Positions 24,020-37,702 are shown, counted from the first letter of the stretch. The stretch is 64,000 nt of DNA from Diadema antillarum (GCF_040938485.1 NW_027270906.1:5022001-5086000); one strand, 5' to 3'. Made by a program: numbers and translations. Notes: generated from the sequence alone by a model not told the origin.

Positions 24020-27000
24020 TGCCCTTCACTCATTCAAATTGCCGATGATCAAGTTTTAAACCTCACTTTCTTTTTCACCTCTATGTAACCACATGAGAGG
24101 TTGAATGTCAGAAGACTCACACAGGATAATTGCCTTCACTTTCCTACATTGTTTCAGCATCATGGCAGCTGATAAAACATCTTGGTCTGCAAACACACAA
24201 TCAAAAAGGAAAAAAAAGGGAAGTTAGAACTACTGTTTGCAACTAACACAACATATACAAACTGTCTTACTTTTCTCTTCATACACGTAAGTACTAATAT
24301 GATTCTGATGTTAATACAAGATGGGATTGGTATAGTCTAGCTCTTCTCTCATGAGCGGAATTTATGACTCTGACGCACACCCTCGTGGATGCTATGGATA
24401 CAAACTTCTAAGATACTTATTCATACAGTCAATATACTTTTAATAAAGAGATGAAAATAGCTGGGCTGCACTGATAGAAACTTTGATATATAGACATTCT
24501 GTTTGGATGTCTTGCAAACCAACTGCTCTGGGATACAGTGTATGTGAGAAAAGTGCTGAAGTCTGTCATACATATCTATCTCCTTTTAGAAGCATGTAGC
24601 ATCTCAAAGGAGAAGCCATCAATGTATACTGCAGATTTCCACATTATTGTCAATATATGATGCTACTATAGGGTGTGTGATAAAAAGTATGCAGTTTTGT
24701 ATCTTCACATCTACAATGCAAACAGAAAAACACAATTAGAGCACTAGGCATATATCCTCTGCAGAATGTTGGCATATCTATAAAGGTATAAGGAAATATT
24801 AATGAGAGATTTAATAACCTCGTAGTTAAACTGGCGGTTCACATCCCTAAAAGGTATCGAGAATACAGTACATCCTTTCCATTTGCCCCATGAAGGTGTG
24901 TGATTATTACGTCATCAGCACTGGGCCCTATCACACAAAGTAAGTTATCAGTTTGTACATATAACAATATGAAATGTAAGTCCTAAAACTCTCATCTTTA
25001 TCTAAGTGAAAGTCAAGCAATATCTTATTTGTCCTCCTGAGCAATTATTTTGGTGTTTTAATGACACACAGCTGATGCCTACGCAGCAACCAGAAACTGG
25101 ACAACTGAGCCATATCAATCATAAAAATTAAATTTTCATCTTTCATTATGCAATCGTTATGCACTGCTGCGGGGTTTCTTAAACCACCATATGTTGCTGG
25201 ACTGAGACAATATAACACAATAGAGAGGGCTAGTCATAAGCATGTGACCTTTTCCATGTAATACAATATTCTCATACGAATCACTGCAGAGCCAGATTTG
25301 CACATTTTCTTGTAGCAATTTTAAAGCTCAATGGTAGTGTCGGCGAAGTAAAAACAAAGGAAACAATTTGCTTAATATTCATCCAGTTGTGAAAGTCATA
25401 TTGGAAAATTTTCCAGATATAACAATCATAATTATTGTTATTGGCATATAACCTTGAGCAGCACTTGAATAGCAATCATTATTTTCACAGTGACTGGTTG
25501 CATGGCACAGTGAAGTGATTTTGTATGAAATCAAGTCTCCATAGTACATAGATTCCGAATTGACCGTTTCATCTACATCTATATATACCAGACAGGCAAA
25601 CAGCCCATCCACACAACTGGTGAGTGCATTAATCCTTTCAAATCCTGTGACTTAAAATCCTACTAACATCGAATATAAACATGTTGCCAATTGGGCTGAA
25701 GGAGTTAAGACAATGCAAGGATTTTACAATATTGCAATAATAGTGCCAAGTTGAATATATGCAACGCTGCCTATGACTGGTGTGCTAATTGGCTGGGCAC
25801 CAGTGATGCTGCCTAGCTTTGAGGGGAGACATGGCATACTCTTCAATACTGAATTCTGAAATGCCTATAGACTTAATGGGCAGGCCACCAGGTTCCCATA
25901 TAGAACAGGTTAAGCACAGATCACATCCATAACATTTGGAAAAGAGTTGCTTAGACTCGTGTTCCCAGTGAAAATACTGTCCACTAAAAGGCCAACACAT
26001 GTTAAGTCTAAACCATCTGTTTGAATTGTCACCTTTGAGAATACTGAAGTCAAGAGGGAATACAGATTATTTTTGCCAGGAAGATGCTCGGATGCACATC
26101 AAAGATTTTATACCTTTTTTTAAATAAAGCATCACCAAAGAGATTTGAAGGATACCCAAGACAGACACAAAAATCGAAATCAAATGCATTTGTTAATTCA
26201 TACCCATGCACATTGCTAACAAAGAGAAAAAAATACCATATGCAACAACAAAAAATTTCCGCAGGGCCACTGCAAACGGGGTGAAAAAAAAAATTTTGTA
26301 AGATCTTTTTCTTCTTTTTAATAACACAATCAACAAACATGTAACACACAAGAAACGCTATGAAAATTATTTCCTAAGACGGACAGAAGAGGAAAACACC
26401 TATGCCATACACTCACTGTACATTGTTAAGACTGTGTGGCTTGCAGTCGGTTCGCAGTTTTGATAGACGAACAAATTGAGAAAAACCCTTGTAAAATTTA
26501 TGAGAATACTTCCTTTACGTTCACTAGGAGAATGTTACATAACTAGAGGTATTACGATTCACCTGTCCTTCATCACTTGAAAATAATGAAAAAAGAAAAA
26601 AAGATCAATTACGCAGGTTTGCTCCTTGGTAGCACGAGCATTTCTGACAAGTGAGCCATAAAAATTGACAGTCACTGCTCACATGAAAGCTATATCCACC
26701 TGCATATCGATCACACCAGAAGTTTCCACCTACTGCTCACTACTAAACTGCCTGTGGCTGAAACAGTGAATGCTCGAAGTTCCCCCTCAGTACTAAAGCG
26801 CCAAGTCTTGAGCTAGACTGGCAATGCATGCTCAACACAGATGCTTCTGCCTACAGACTTGTATCAACAAGACAAAAAAAAAAAAAAGACAATTAACACT
26901 TATTCTCAAACTCTTCACAGACTAATGTACAATACCTTATTGCATACACATCTCCATTGTACATATTATTTACAGAAGGAACTATACAATCACTAGATAC

Positions 27001-28322
27001 TAGTTCATTTATTAATCAACATCTAGTGAAAAACAATATTATTTTTGCTGTCTCAGTCTAGTTGGTACTTGTGTATAACCATTCACAAGGAAATCACTCA
27101 AATGCATCTATATTCTATTCAATCTAGTCTTAACACTAGACAACAATCGTCACTTTCTCGGTACAAATGAATGTTTCAAATAATCACTTGAGAAGTAATC
27201 CTCCACATTAACTTTGCATTCACTCTTTCTTCCTTAGCCCCCTCTCCTTTCCAAGAGCTCTCAAAGACTTCAGGGGTAAGCCATGAGGGTTTGAGAAGGG
27301 GGTGGTGATCACAGGATTTCTCCTCGATGGCACGGGGGCAGGAAAGGAAGGGAAGAAGCTGGTCTCTGACGTCAAACTTGAAAGCTCAATCTACCAACAT
27401 CCACAGCGCCTTGCTCTTTCACAGTACAGCTAGAGTTCATCCATCATATGCTTGTGATCCAATCATACACATATTAGATGCACATTTGCTCTTAGAATCT
27501 ATGGCAAAAAAACCAAAAAAAAAAACCATCAAGAAACAGCAGCACAACTTCGCCTCATCATTTTCTCTGGAGTATACTTTTAAACTCACTGTCATTCTTG
27601 TTGTGCACGCTTTTCTTGAAAATGTACCTCCATGGCCATTGCTGCACTGGTGTTGAATGGCAATGGGGGGTAGAGGGTCCAGGGGTACAGTGAAAACTGA
27701 CATTTGCATGATCAAGTACAAAAATGTAACATCACACACCACAAACACATCCAAAGGCATTTTGCACTGTGTGATTAGTCTCTCCTTCAATTACATTTAT
27801 AGAAATTTGAAAAAACATAATTTGTTTGTCTGTGTGCTTTCTTCTTTTTTTTTTTTGCTTGAGGATGAAAGAATACATTATTTTCTGTGAGACTAATTAA
27901 TGCATTTTGATAAATGTAAACATATTCTATACAAGGGGTTAAACAAGAGTTTAGTGGATTTGCTCAATTAAAAGCAACTGCATAGTGATGCAAAGTTTTT
28001 TTATTTAAGGAAGAACTTGCAGAAAATCCTAATTGGGCAAGTTTCCCTCCAACTCAGGCTGATCAAGCACACTACATTTGAGAAACTCTGTAAACAACTG
28101 TCAATCTCACAGGCAGAAACGAATGCACGACCTTCGTCAGACTCTTTCAATACTCTTGTAGCAAGCCGGTCAGCTGTTTTGCTAAGTGACAAAGAGAACA
28201 CTTCACATAAAACTGGGTTTTCACAATTATGTGCTCACTCGAGTTTCTGCCTTGGGTGTTATTTGAAGTTTAAGTTACCCACTGTCTCAAGCAATGTACA
28301 CGCTTGCCAACATTCAACTTAC

Positions 28323-28377
28323 TGTATGCACGAAGTATGTCTTGAAATTCTTGGCTTCTACTCTCAACTGTGGTGAC
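28323..28377 (-). CDS. PDPK1: PDPK1 exon (55 nt): PH domain; last exon recognisable by homology
   Basis: (W)SPQLRVEAKNFKTYFVHT; GTAAGT donor in phase 0, so at least one further exon is required. Confidence 0.94.
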
Positions 28378-28739
28378 CTATCAATGTGTACCAGAAAAAA
28401 CAAAGACAGAGAGAGAAGAAACTAGTGTCATGAAAAGTCATATTTCACATTGCACAATGATGAAGAAGGTAAGATATAGAATCACATTCTTGATTCAGTC
28501 CAAAGGTAATTCAGCTTGCTATTGTTGTCATCTTTCTCAGAAATGAGATAATTTACAATGAAGGTTTCATATACCCGCCATACGATATCGCAATCGAGCA
28601 CTACCAAAAAACAATTTCCAACTACAGAAACAAAACTAAAAGTAATATCATGTGCAATGAGATTTATAGGCCCGAAATGCCGCTGAGCATGTATACAATG
28701 GGACAAGCGATATGTTGTAATGAAACAAATGAAACTCAC

Positions 28740-28837
28740 CAAGGGATTTCCCCCTTTAAGACCATGTTCTCTGGGTCAACATAGTACAGGTGGGGGCCTT
28801 CCGTTAGTAGTAGCATTCTCCTCCTCGCAAACAGACC
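28740..28837 (-). CDS. PDPK1: PDPK1 exon (98 nt): PH domain
   Basis: [32 protein letters not shown](W); TTTAG acceptor, GTGAGT donor. Confidence 0.96.
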
Positions 28838-28947
28838 CTAAATGGACAGTGGAAAATACAATGATAGTGCATATACTCAGCATCTTTAATGGATTTCTTT
28901 AAGATCTATAAATTAGATAGCTATTTACTGCCAGGATATGAAAAACC

Positions 28948-29457
28948 TTTGTTACCTCCACCAAGGGAGGAGGTTATGTTTTCATTACTGTTGGTTTTGT
29001 TTGTTAGTTAGTTTGTTTGTTTGCCGTGTGCAAAATAACTAAAAAAGTAGTTAACAGATTGGGATGAAACTTGCAGAAAAGGTTGAGAATGACACAAGTA
29101 AGAAACGATTAACTTTTGGTAGTGATCCGAGAATTTTGGGGGAATTTATGAAGGATTTTTGATATTTTGGCAGGTAGGGTCAATGAACGTGGGAGTTCAG
29201 GCTGCGCGTATTTGAGGTTTGCATGCGCGCACTAAAGTGCGTGCTCTAGTTTCTGCTAGGGCGAGGCGCGCCGTGCAGCTGAGGGTTTATGACGGAACAA
29301 AGGCTTCTATATTGGGAAATTGAGCGACTTTAAGCACACAACGCTATAAGTACTTATGGGTAGAAATCATTGATATCTCTATAGAAGAACAAGATCAGTG
29401 GTGTAAATTAGCTGCATGCTTGGCGGAGGTCTGCGCTCTCAGAGTGCTTTTCTAGTT
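28948..29457 (+). mobile_element. HINE-like non-autonomous element (second family)
   Basis: Subterminal inverted repeats CCTCC(A/G)CCAAG ... CTTGGCGGAGG, (GTTT/GTTA)n microsatellite near the 5' end, 3' hairpin GCGCTCTCAGAGTGC, ends CTAGTT. Confidence 0.6.
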
Positions 29458-30067
29458 CATTCTCTTTTTGCTTTAAGGACACAACCAATGAAATATCTAA
29501 AGTTTGGCTCTACGGTTGGCACTGCTAAGAAAAAGCTCAGATTTTTTTGGGATTTTTTTTTGGGTGCATTTTTGCATTTTTAAGAAACGTGAGCATTCAA
29601 TGCATATATTTTCTAAATTCTCAATACACAGAAGACAACTCTCTTGTCAAAGCACGAAAAGATATCAAGTATTATTTACCACTTGTAGATGAAACAAAAA
29701 CCCAGTTTTAGTGCTTCAAAATAGCTCTAAAATGTGAGTTAGGGATAGAAACAACCAGAGTAAAAATGTTAATCAGAATAATCAATGTTAAGTATTGTTA
29801 CAAAATGTGAACAATACTTATAACAAAACTGTTTCTAGAATGAACCATCTACAGTTATGGTTTATTGAGAAAAATAGTGACATCTCCTTAAACTTTAGGC
29901 TTTATTGCAAAATGTTAACATAGTAGGATGTTTTGCGATACAACTGACCTTCACATATGCATCAAATGTGATAACTCTTTTAACATTCTTTTAAATAACT
30001 GCTCCCAATGGTAAACAGTACCTTTAAGGGAACCTCATGCAGAATCAGGGCAACTTGACAGCTTTAC

Positions 30068-30268
30068 TACTGTAAAACTAGAAACATTCACGCCATAAAA
30101 CTTTTGCGAATTGGAGCCGACAGCCTTTTTCATGGCATGAGACTTTCGTGAACTGCTACTGGCATTCAACTCATCGTGCAGACAAAGACTTTTGTGTGCA
30201 TTTTACTTTCATGAATCTTGGCTCCTTGCAAAAGTTTCGTGGAAGCGGAGACTTCATATTTTACAGCA
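30068..30268. mobile_element. ~200-bp TA|CTGTAAAA...TTTACAG MITE
   Basis: Terminal motif and interior (TTTTCGCG/GAATTGGAGC-like) shared with 37703-37917, 39756-39965 and 62619-62839. Confidence 0.6.
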
Positions 30269-30282
30269 ATCCCATGGCTTAC

Positions 30283-30510
30283 CTTCCGCTTGTCACCCCA
30301 GCCATTTTTCAGGATGAGGTTGCCCTCCACAAACTGGTGCCACTTGTTCTCCTTGCGCTGCTTCTCTAGCCGCTTGGCCCGCTCTGCATGAGTCAGGTCC
30401 ACGATGTACTTGTTGTCCCGTGTCGGGCTGCGCGGTCGGTCTGGGGTCTCGATCCGCTTCAGGTAATCGCTGAGGCTGGTCGGATTGGACTCCAAATCAA
30501 AGTCATCCAG
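30283..30510 (-). CDS. PDPK1: PDPK1 exon (228 nt): linker plus start of PH domain
   Basis: LDDFDLESNPTSLSDYLKRIETPDRPRSPTRDNKYIVDLTHAERAKRLEKQRKENKWHQFVEGNLILKNGWGDKRK; GTAAGC donor. Confidence 0.94.
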
Positions 30511-31580
30511 CTGTGTGAATGAATCAGGGTCAGAAAATTAAAAAATCACTACCTGGAATAGCATAGAGGAGGAAAGTGGACATGAATACTAAATTAGATC
30601 AAAGAAATCTAATGCAGTTCAACCGCTGTGCAGAGTCAACTGCTACAAATGTATTTACCATAATTATATGGCCCTTCACTTACCTCTTGATCACACTCAT
30701 TGTTAGTGATAACCGACAAAGGATTGACCTTTACCCCCTCAGCATTAAGGAAGAACTTCCAATTTTTCTATTCATTTTACAACAACTTCTGATTTTTCTA
30801 TCAATTTTACTGAATAACATTGTCAGAAGACTTATAGCTTCTGGACTTTTTAGCCAGAAATGACTTTTAAGCCAAATTTTGGTGACCTGTGACCTTTCAT
30901 CTTTCACATTGTCATTCCAGACAACTGATTGCTCATCCACTTCTATCCTCCTTACCATACAATATTATCACTTGACACTTGTAGGTGAAGTTATATGTAA
31001 AGAATGCTATTTGGCTAAAGTGAAGTGACTGTTGACTTCGACCTTTGAACTTTTACTATTATCATATCCATATAAATACCTGTCAATTTATTTCTACCCT
31101 GTCCAAAATCTACTATGATCTCTGGACATTCCCAGCTCAGGTAATGGCTAAAACATTTTTTTTTTCCTAAACTTACATTTGGATCAAAAGCAGTGACCTT
31201 TGACCTTGCACAGTTAAAAACTTATGGAAACAAACACCTATGTATTTTCACTCTTCTTACCAAATCATACTTACAACTGGACAGTCCTATTTGGAGATAC
31301 AGCTGGAGAGTGTTACTTTTAGCCAAAGTTTGATGACCTTTGACCTTGATCTTGAGCACTTAGTATATCTATACCTCACGAAGCATACCAGGGCAAGCAG
31401 CAGGAATTCCCACTGAGTGTTCTATTTCAAAACGTAAGTTCAACAAGATGTGGGATGGACAAAGGGGCATAGGGATGAAAAACCTGAAAACATGACAAAG
31501 GAGAAAGAGGAGGGGGGGAAGGAGGAGAGGGAATAGATGATAGAGCAAAGGAGGACTTAAAGGGGGATGGGAACACTCAC

Positions 31581-31751
31581 ATAGTAATCGCTGTGAATCT
31601 CTTTCCCGTCCACAACCGTACAGGGCTTGAGCTCTGGAGCTTTTTGCTTGTGGAGGTTCTCCCAGTCCACCCCATCGAGGAACGAATGTGCCTGCAGGGC
31701 GGGGTAGCCCCCACACTCATCGCAACCTAGACGCTTACTGGGGTCAATGAC
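31581..31751 (-). CDS. PDPK1: PDPK1 exon (171 nt): end of kinase domain
   Basis: VIDPSKRLGCDECGGYPALQAHSFLDGVDWENLHKQKAPELKPCTVVDGKEIHSDYY; GTGAGT donor. Confidence 0.95.
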
Positions 31752-33411
31752 CTGGAGGAGGGCGACAGAGAGAGAGGGTGAACATTTATACAAAGAAGTA
31801 ACAGCAAGAAACAAAATATCTTGTTCCACCTTCCCAGCTGGGGACATTTTTCATCAAAAGAAGGTCCACCATAATATAAGACTTGGGACTCACACAGAGA
31901 ATATCCCGGGTTTGAATCCTGCCAGTGGTATTTTAAAGCATCCTCAGACTTCTATGCACCCAGGCACTCACCTTGATTTGCCAAGCTGTATTATCAGCAT
32001 CAGTAATTCTCGCTATCGCCAATGACGTAAAAAACTCCTGCGCATGCTAAAGAGCTCTGTCACAGGTGCACCGTGGGATTCCTCGGTCCATTGTTCGCTT
32101 CCAGTTGTCTAACGCGAGTCGCAGTTCCCATACGATTCAATGGAGTTCTTTGTCTGCTTTTCCGTTGTTAGCCCTTTTTTTCTTGGCTATAATTCAGCTT
32201 AAAAAAGTTGAAAGTGTCTAAGCTTTACTGATTTGCGGTCACTAGAGTCATGGTTCACTACTGCAAGGCTTCAATGTGCTGGTCACATGATGGAAAGCGA
32301 AGAGATCTTAAACAAAAAATACCTCTTTATAAAGACAGAGCATGTTGTAAGTGCATGTGCAGCCAAAACCGGGGCTAGTTTGCCACCCGAGCTATCCCAT
32401 AATGCATCTAAAACGCTGCTCTGCGCACGGCACCTACGTATTGGCGATACCCTCAATTCATCCAAACTTGGCCTGGTTGTAAAGTTAGCAAGTCAAATCA
32501 GGAATAGCTACGTGCTTCGGTCCAACAGGGAGGACATGGTGACACAATAGGGATCAAAGGGATTAAGTAATCTCTATTCATTGCCAATTAGTTTCTAGAC
32601 AATCTGAGCCAACAGGAGAAGAAAACACTTCAGAGTGTGTGCCGACTGGCGAACAAAGCACAGTAGGGGGCAGACGCGATATAATGTGTATGTCCATCCT
32701 GAGCAAGTTTACGAAAGGCAACTGATGATACTGAAGTAATAAGACATGGCACGAGCATTGGGAAGATCAATGCTAACACTGCAGTTGCAACCCAAGGTTA
32801 ATATCATCTCATTAAACATTTCCTTGGTATAAGATGTTTATTCTCACACTCCAGGGCCTCAGGGAGGAATGCAACGAGAGAGAGAGAGAGAGAGAACCTC
32901 TTACAATATGAAACATAGAACACGTAATTACACAAACCCTCAAATTTCTTGTTTTGCCTAAGAGGTTATGGATAGTTTTGTAAAGAATATTTTCTTTCCA
33001 GAAAGTTAGTCTGTTCGCCATTCTTATTCATTCACATCCACCTTGGAAATGTCTTTTGGAATATTAGATATATACAAATGTCATTCCAGATTTCATATCT
33101 GGAACATAACTTTGTTTTGTTCCTGTCTTATTAAATCTTATGGAAAACTTTAATTATTTTATACAACCGAAACAAAACACAGCATTGTGATGTTGTTGAT
33201 GACATTTTGGCTGTCAACTATCAAATGCCATGGGTGATGCAAAACTACCAGGTACATGTACGAGCAGTTTTTATGATGTGCTGCAGCACAAATGCAGCTG
33301 CACACATATATATGAATATATTTCATAGCTCTGTAGAATGATTTACAATTCAGCACTTGGAAGAAGAAATGGCCACACACACAACCAGGTGCAAGGGTAC
33401 GTAGATCTTAC

Positions 33412-33508
33412 CAAGAGTTTCGACACCAGATCCCGCGCTTTCTTTGAGAAGCCATCTGGGTAGTCATATTCTAGCTTGATAATCTTCTGGAATATCATGT
33501 ATTCATTG
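33412..33508 (-). CDS. PDPK1: PDPK1 exon (97 nt)
   Basis: (S)NEYMIFQKIIKLEYDYPDGFSKKARDLVSKLL; GTAAGA donor, phase 0. Confidence 0.96.
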
Positions 33509-35170
33509 CTGCAGCATGAAAGAGAGGGGAGGGGGGGGGGGGGGGGAGAAAGATACCAATATGAAATGAAACATGATTTTTTTGTATCTTTTATTTGCAG
33601 ATATGACTTCCTCACGTATATCATAGCACTTACAAACAAGAAATATGATCCACATTTACAATTGTACCAGTAACTTCAGCAATTGTGCAGGAATTTGGGG
33701 AGCTTCACGCTTTTTTATTTGCTGTATGTAAAAACCCGTATATCTAAAAAAAAAAACAGGAAGCCCACAAAATATGTATGCAGGAGCCATTGATTAAACA
33801 AATATAACAAAAGACTTACACTGTAGTTTAATCTATCTCACTTAACTTCTTATAATTGTTTTTAAGAATTAAAAAAAAAAATGAATATAATACCATACTG
33901 TTAAAACATTAACAATTATTTGGACTGTGTTTCTGGAAATGATATAAATTCTTTTTTTTTTCTAGATATTTTAGATATCTCTTAACCAAAAGGTCTTTTT
34001 TTTTTCTTCAGGAAAACAATAGATAACATCATGAATAACATCAAATAGATAAATCATAAACAATTCTGCTCAGGTGAACAGGCTACATCCCACAGATGCT
34101 ATGTGCCAAAATCTTACATTTGCAAAACTGTGGTACAATACGTATCAAATATCTCCAAAAGCACATTCTAACAAATTCATGCAAACTACAACCATAAAAC
34201 AACTAACTTGGAATTCATCAGTAATGTTTCAACTGAAGCAACATGAAGTAGAATTCTTACTGTTGGTCAGGAATCATGGGATGCAATATCTTCAAAATTT
34301 GATGCATTGAAAATTCACTTGAATTTCTTTTTTTTTTAAATCAAAGGAAAAAAAGCATGTGTTCAAAGTTGTTTTCTTCCAAGAAATATTCATCGATCAT
34401 GAGAAAGTAGTGAAAGAGGATAGCACAATATAAAAAATCTCAAGAAAAGAGAAAACATACAAATGACATGACAGGATGGCAACAACAGATCAATTGCCTC
34501 ATGCTCTCTCTCTCAACAACAAAAAGAAAGAAAGGAAAAAAGTATATATATATCTTTGCAAATAACAGCAGTGAAATAAAAACCACCATCACTGAAAGCC
34601 TGAGCAAAGCCCCGGGTACAAACATCAATCAAGGTACAACAACAAGAATGTCAGAGAGTCGATATGAATAGGGCAAATCACTGGGAAACATACAATGTGA
34701 TTCTTTCATGCCATTGTATTTTTTTTTTTGAGGAAAACATCTGATTTGATTCATATTTTTGAAAATGAAAAACATCTTCATATTACTGCTTATTGCTTTG
34801 AGGAGAAAACAACTTCTAAATACAGGCTGCATCACAATGTAGAAAAAACAGCAAAAAAAAAATAAAAAACAGCAAAAAACCAAAAAAAAAACCAAACAAG
34901 AAAACAAAACATGCTATCTACACCACAATGTAAAAAACAAAACAAAAACAGGTGAAGAAAGCATGCGGCTGGCGGGGTATACAAGATCACTATCAACCCT
35001 CTTGGGTTAATCACCTTACACCTGAAATCTTTTTAAGCCTGAAAGTCTCAAAATTCTTGAAATTCAATGTAAAATAGATAGCCAGGGGTACCAATGGAGT
35101 CAAGAATTAACATGCTGTATTTCATCACTGTACCGTACTGGACTGTACTGGCGATTATCATGCATACACT

Positions 35171-35925
35171 TTAACCCTAAAAGGGCCGGGCTTTTTTGGC
35201 TATGCTCAGACCGGGGGGGATGGATTCCGCCCCCCCACCCCCGAGATCTCGGCCATTGGTGGTGCGATCGCAATGAAATTTTGCATGCGTGAGACCCACG
35301 TTATAATCTACAAGATTGTGTCATAAGATTTTTTGAATTAATCAATTTCTAATTTTAATTAATTAATTATGCAAATTAAGCTCAAGATTATATTTTAGCC
35401 TAATTAAAAGCATTGAGAGTCTAATCTTTGATCTGTAAATGTTTTAGCATATTCAACAATTGTACATCACAAAAACTTCCAAAACTCATTTCAATTCGTA
35501 TGTATTTTATTGTTTTCAGAATTTATGTATTTCTTTGTTTTTCAACTTTGTTTTTCTTTGTTTTTTCATTGGAAATTGTCACTGACCACTTTTCTACCAT
35601 AATTAGCAGAAAATTAATCAATGAAAGTGATTAATTCTAAAAATAATCAGGTTTTTCTGACTTTCATGACAAAGCACTGTTTTCCATAGGAAATGTACAC
35701 AAAATCACAAAATTGTGCCCGTTTTGGGGCAACATTCCGTTACAAAAATGGGCGTGGCTTCGCAAAAGTATGCGCGGACGTTGCAAATTTGGTCTTAAAA
35801 GTTGTGCGAGACTTGAACAAACAAAGTCAAGAAGCCTTGCAATGAGGCCTTCTCGCGTTACAGAATTATAGCGCGAAATGTCGAGGGGGGGGCGGATTCT
35901 GCCCCCCCGGCCCTTTTAGGGTTAA
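35171..35925. mobile_element. piggyBac-like MITE (747 bp) with TTAA target-site duplication
   Basis: TTAA|CCCTAAAAGGGCCGGG ... CCCGGCCCTTTTAGGG|TTAA; perfect 16-bp TIR; no ORF. Confidence 0.85.
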
Positions 35926-36078
35926 ATGTGAGTCGACAGTAATGGTCCTGAGAAGGTTTAATTTACAGTGTGAATGGGACCCTGTCCTAGAGAGAGATAT
36001 ATGTGTGGAAAAACTTATGTTTTCTTATGTTCTCCGCGGAAAACAAACAAACAAACAACGTATGTTCTCTGCACATAC

Positions 36079-36147
36079 CTTGCTCTAAATGGAGGTAGAC
36101 CTGCTTGTAGTTGATAGACTATACAGCCAAGAGCCCACAAATCAGAG
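36079..36147 (-). CDS. PDPK1: PDPK1 exon (69 nt)
   Basis: (S)SDLWALGCIVYQLQAGLPPFRA; TTTTCAG acceptor, GTATGT donor. Confidence 0.96.
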
Positions 36148-37145
36148 CTGAAAAGAAGAACAAACAAGGGGCATGTAGCATTCATATCAAATAAAAAACA
36201 ACTCTTCCTGACATACAGTGTACATGCCATTCCTTCAAACAGATAAATCTCCTTACTTGAGCTGGGCAGTCATATTTGTTTTTCCCTATCAATGAGCCAA
36301 CTTTGACTATTTTATCAAGACGAGGGATTCTTCTAAGTTGGCATTGGCTCTATGATCCTAGACAAGCATAGACTTTCATGAAATAAATTTGATTGAAAGT
36401 TCTCTTCTGTTTTTCTGGACTCTGGTGTGATCTTCGTTACCAGTTCATCAACTTACTTAGATAATTACTAAAAAGGTTGTTTTTGGTTTTTTTGTATATG
36501 TGAAATACTTACATTACCCCAAAATAACAGGCCATTGAAAGTGAAACTTCCCCAAACATACACACGGATTCAGTGAGTGCAGAAAGGTTACTGGAGTACT
36601 CAGTGAAAGTATGGAAAAAAGTACACAATTCATCCAAAAAGTATCGCTTTTCTTAACTTTGATGATTAAGTTTATGTGTTGCCCTCTCTCAAGTATATCT
36701 CTATGAAAAAAAAAAATGTACTTAAAATTTCACATATAATTGTACCATAAAACTGAAAAAACACTTGACCTAGCTCTTCCAGAAACAATAGATTTGCCTT
36801 AAAATATGTAACAAGTCAAAGAAGTGTTTACTTGTCATTAAATATGAATATTTCTTGAATTCTTCTTAATTTCCATGTACTATTGAACTCTCCTGACATT
36901 GAAATTGTTCCAGTGTTCCATCTCCAAAGGGTAGCACATGAAATTAATCAAAGCTTTAAAATTCATAAACTTTCCATTCAATTTATGATTTTGAACAAAT
37001 GTCTCCCTATCCTATCATGGAGTGCTTTATCAATACATGTATTAAAATGGGAAAAAGTCCAGTGAGATAAAATTCGTTTAACTATGTTATGTGCAAAACA
37101 GCACCTTCGAAAAAAAATGAGTCCTGACGAACTTTCTGATGAAAG

Positions 37146-37329
37146 TACAGTCAACCTTGCCTAAGTCAAATCTATTTGGACTAAAGAAATAGCCTCAACT
37201 TAGAGAAAATGTGACTTAGAGGGATTAAAATCAATGGAATATGAAGAAAAGAGGACTTGAAAAGACATTTGACTTTAAGGCGATAATTCGACTTAGATGC
37301 GAGGTCGACTTAAGCAAGGTTGACCTGTA
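37146..37329. mobile_element. Tc1/pogo-like MITE (TA|CAGT termini)
   Basis: TA|CAGTCAACCTTGCCTAAGTC ... GACTTAAGCAAGGTTGACCTG|TA. Confidence 0.7.
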
Positions 37330-37365
37330 TATCGTTTGGCAGGGTCCTTAGTAGTCAGCTCTCAC

Positions 37366-37441
37366 CTTTTCGTTGCGGATTTCTCAGTGAGGAGTTCTGG
37401 GGATACATATTGTGCCGTCCCGACGAACGAATTCGCACGGA
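37366..37441 (-). CDS. PDPK1: PDPK1 exon (76 nt): activation loop
   Basis: (V)RANSFVGTAQYVSPELLTEKSATK(S), containing the PDK1 T-loop serine motif; GTGAGA donor. Confidence 0.97.
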
Positions 37442-37702
37442 CTGCAGAGAGGAGAAGGCAATAATATTCATTGACAAAAGAAAAACAAATATAATCACTA
37501 CCATCAGCACAGATTTGTGTAATATGTTTTACTGCATCACAAACCCTACAAATTACGTCCCAAGACAAGACTTTTTTTTAAAGAGTCAAAGTTAAACGCT
37601 GAAGGGGAATCCTCAGACTTAAAATACAATATACAATAACAATTGTTACGTAGAAATTCCCACTTAGCAGTACTCCTTTAAGAACATCAACATGAGAAGC
37701 AG

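Noticed and set aside
25785-25860. YAMSPLKARQHHWC, loosely like PDK1 YLMDPSGNAHKWC
   Set aside because: No phase-0 acceptor in this frame, no PNR start, and it stops after WCPAN without the terminal helix; judged coincidence.
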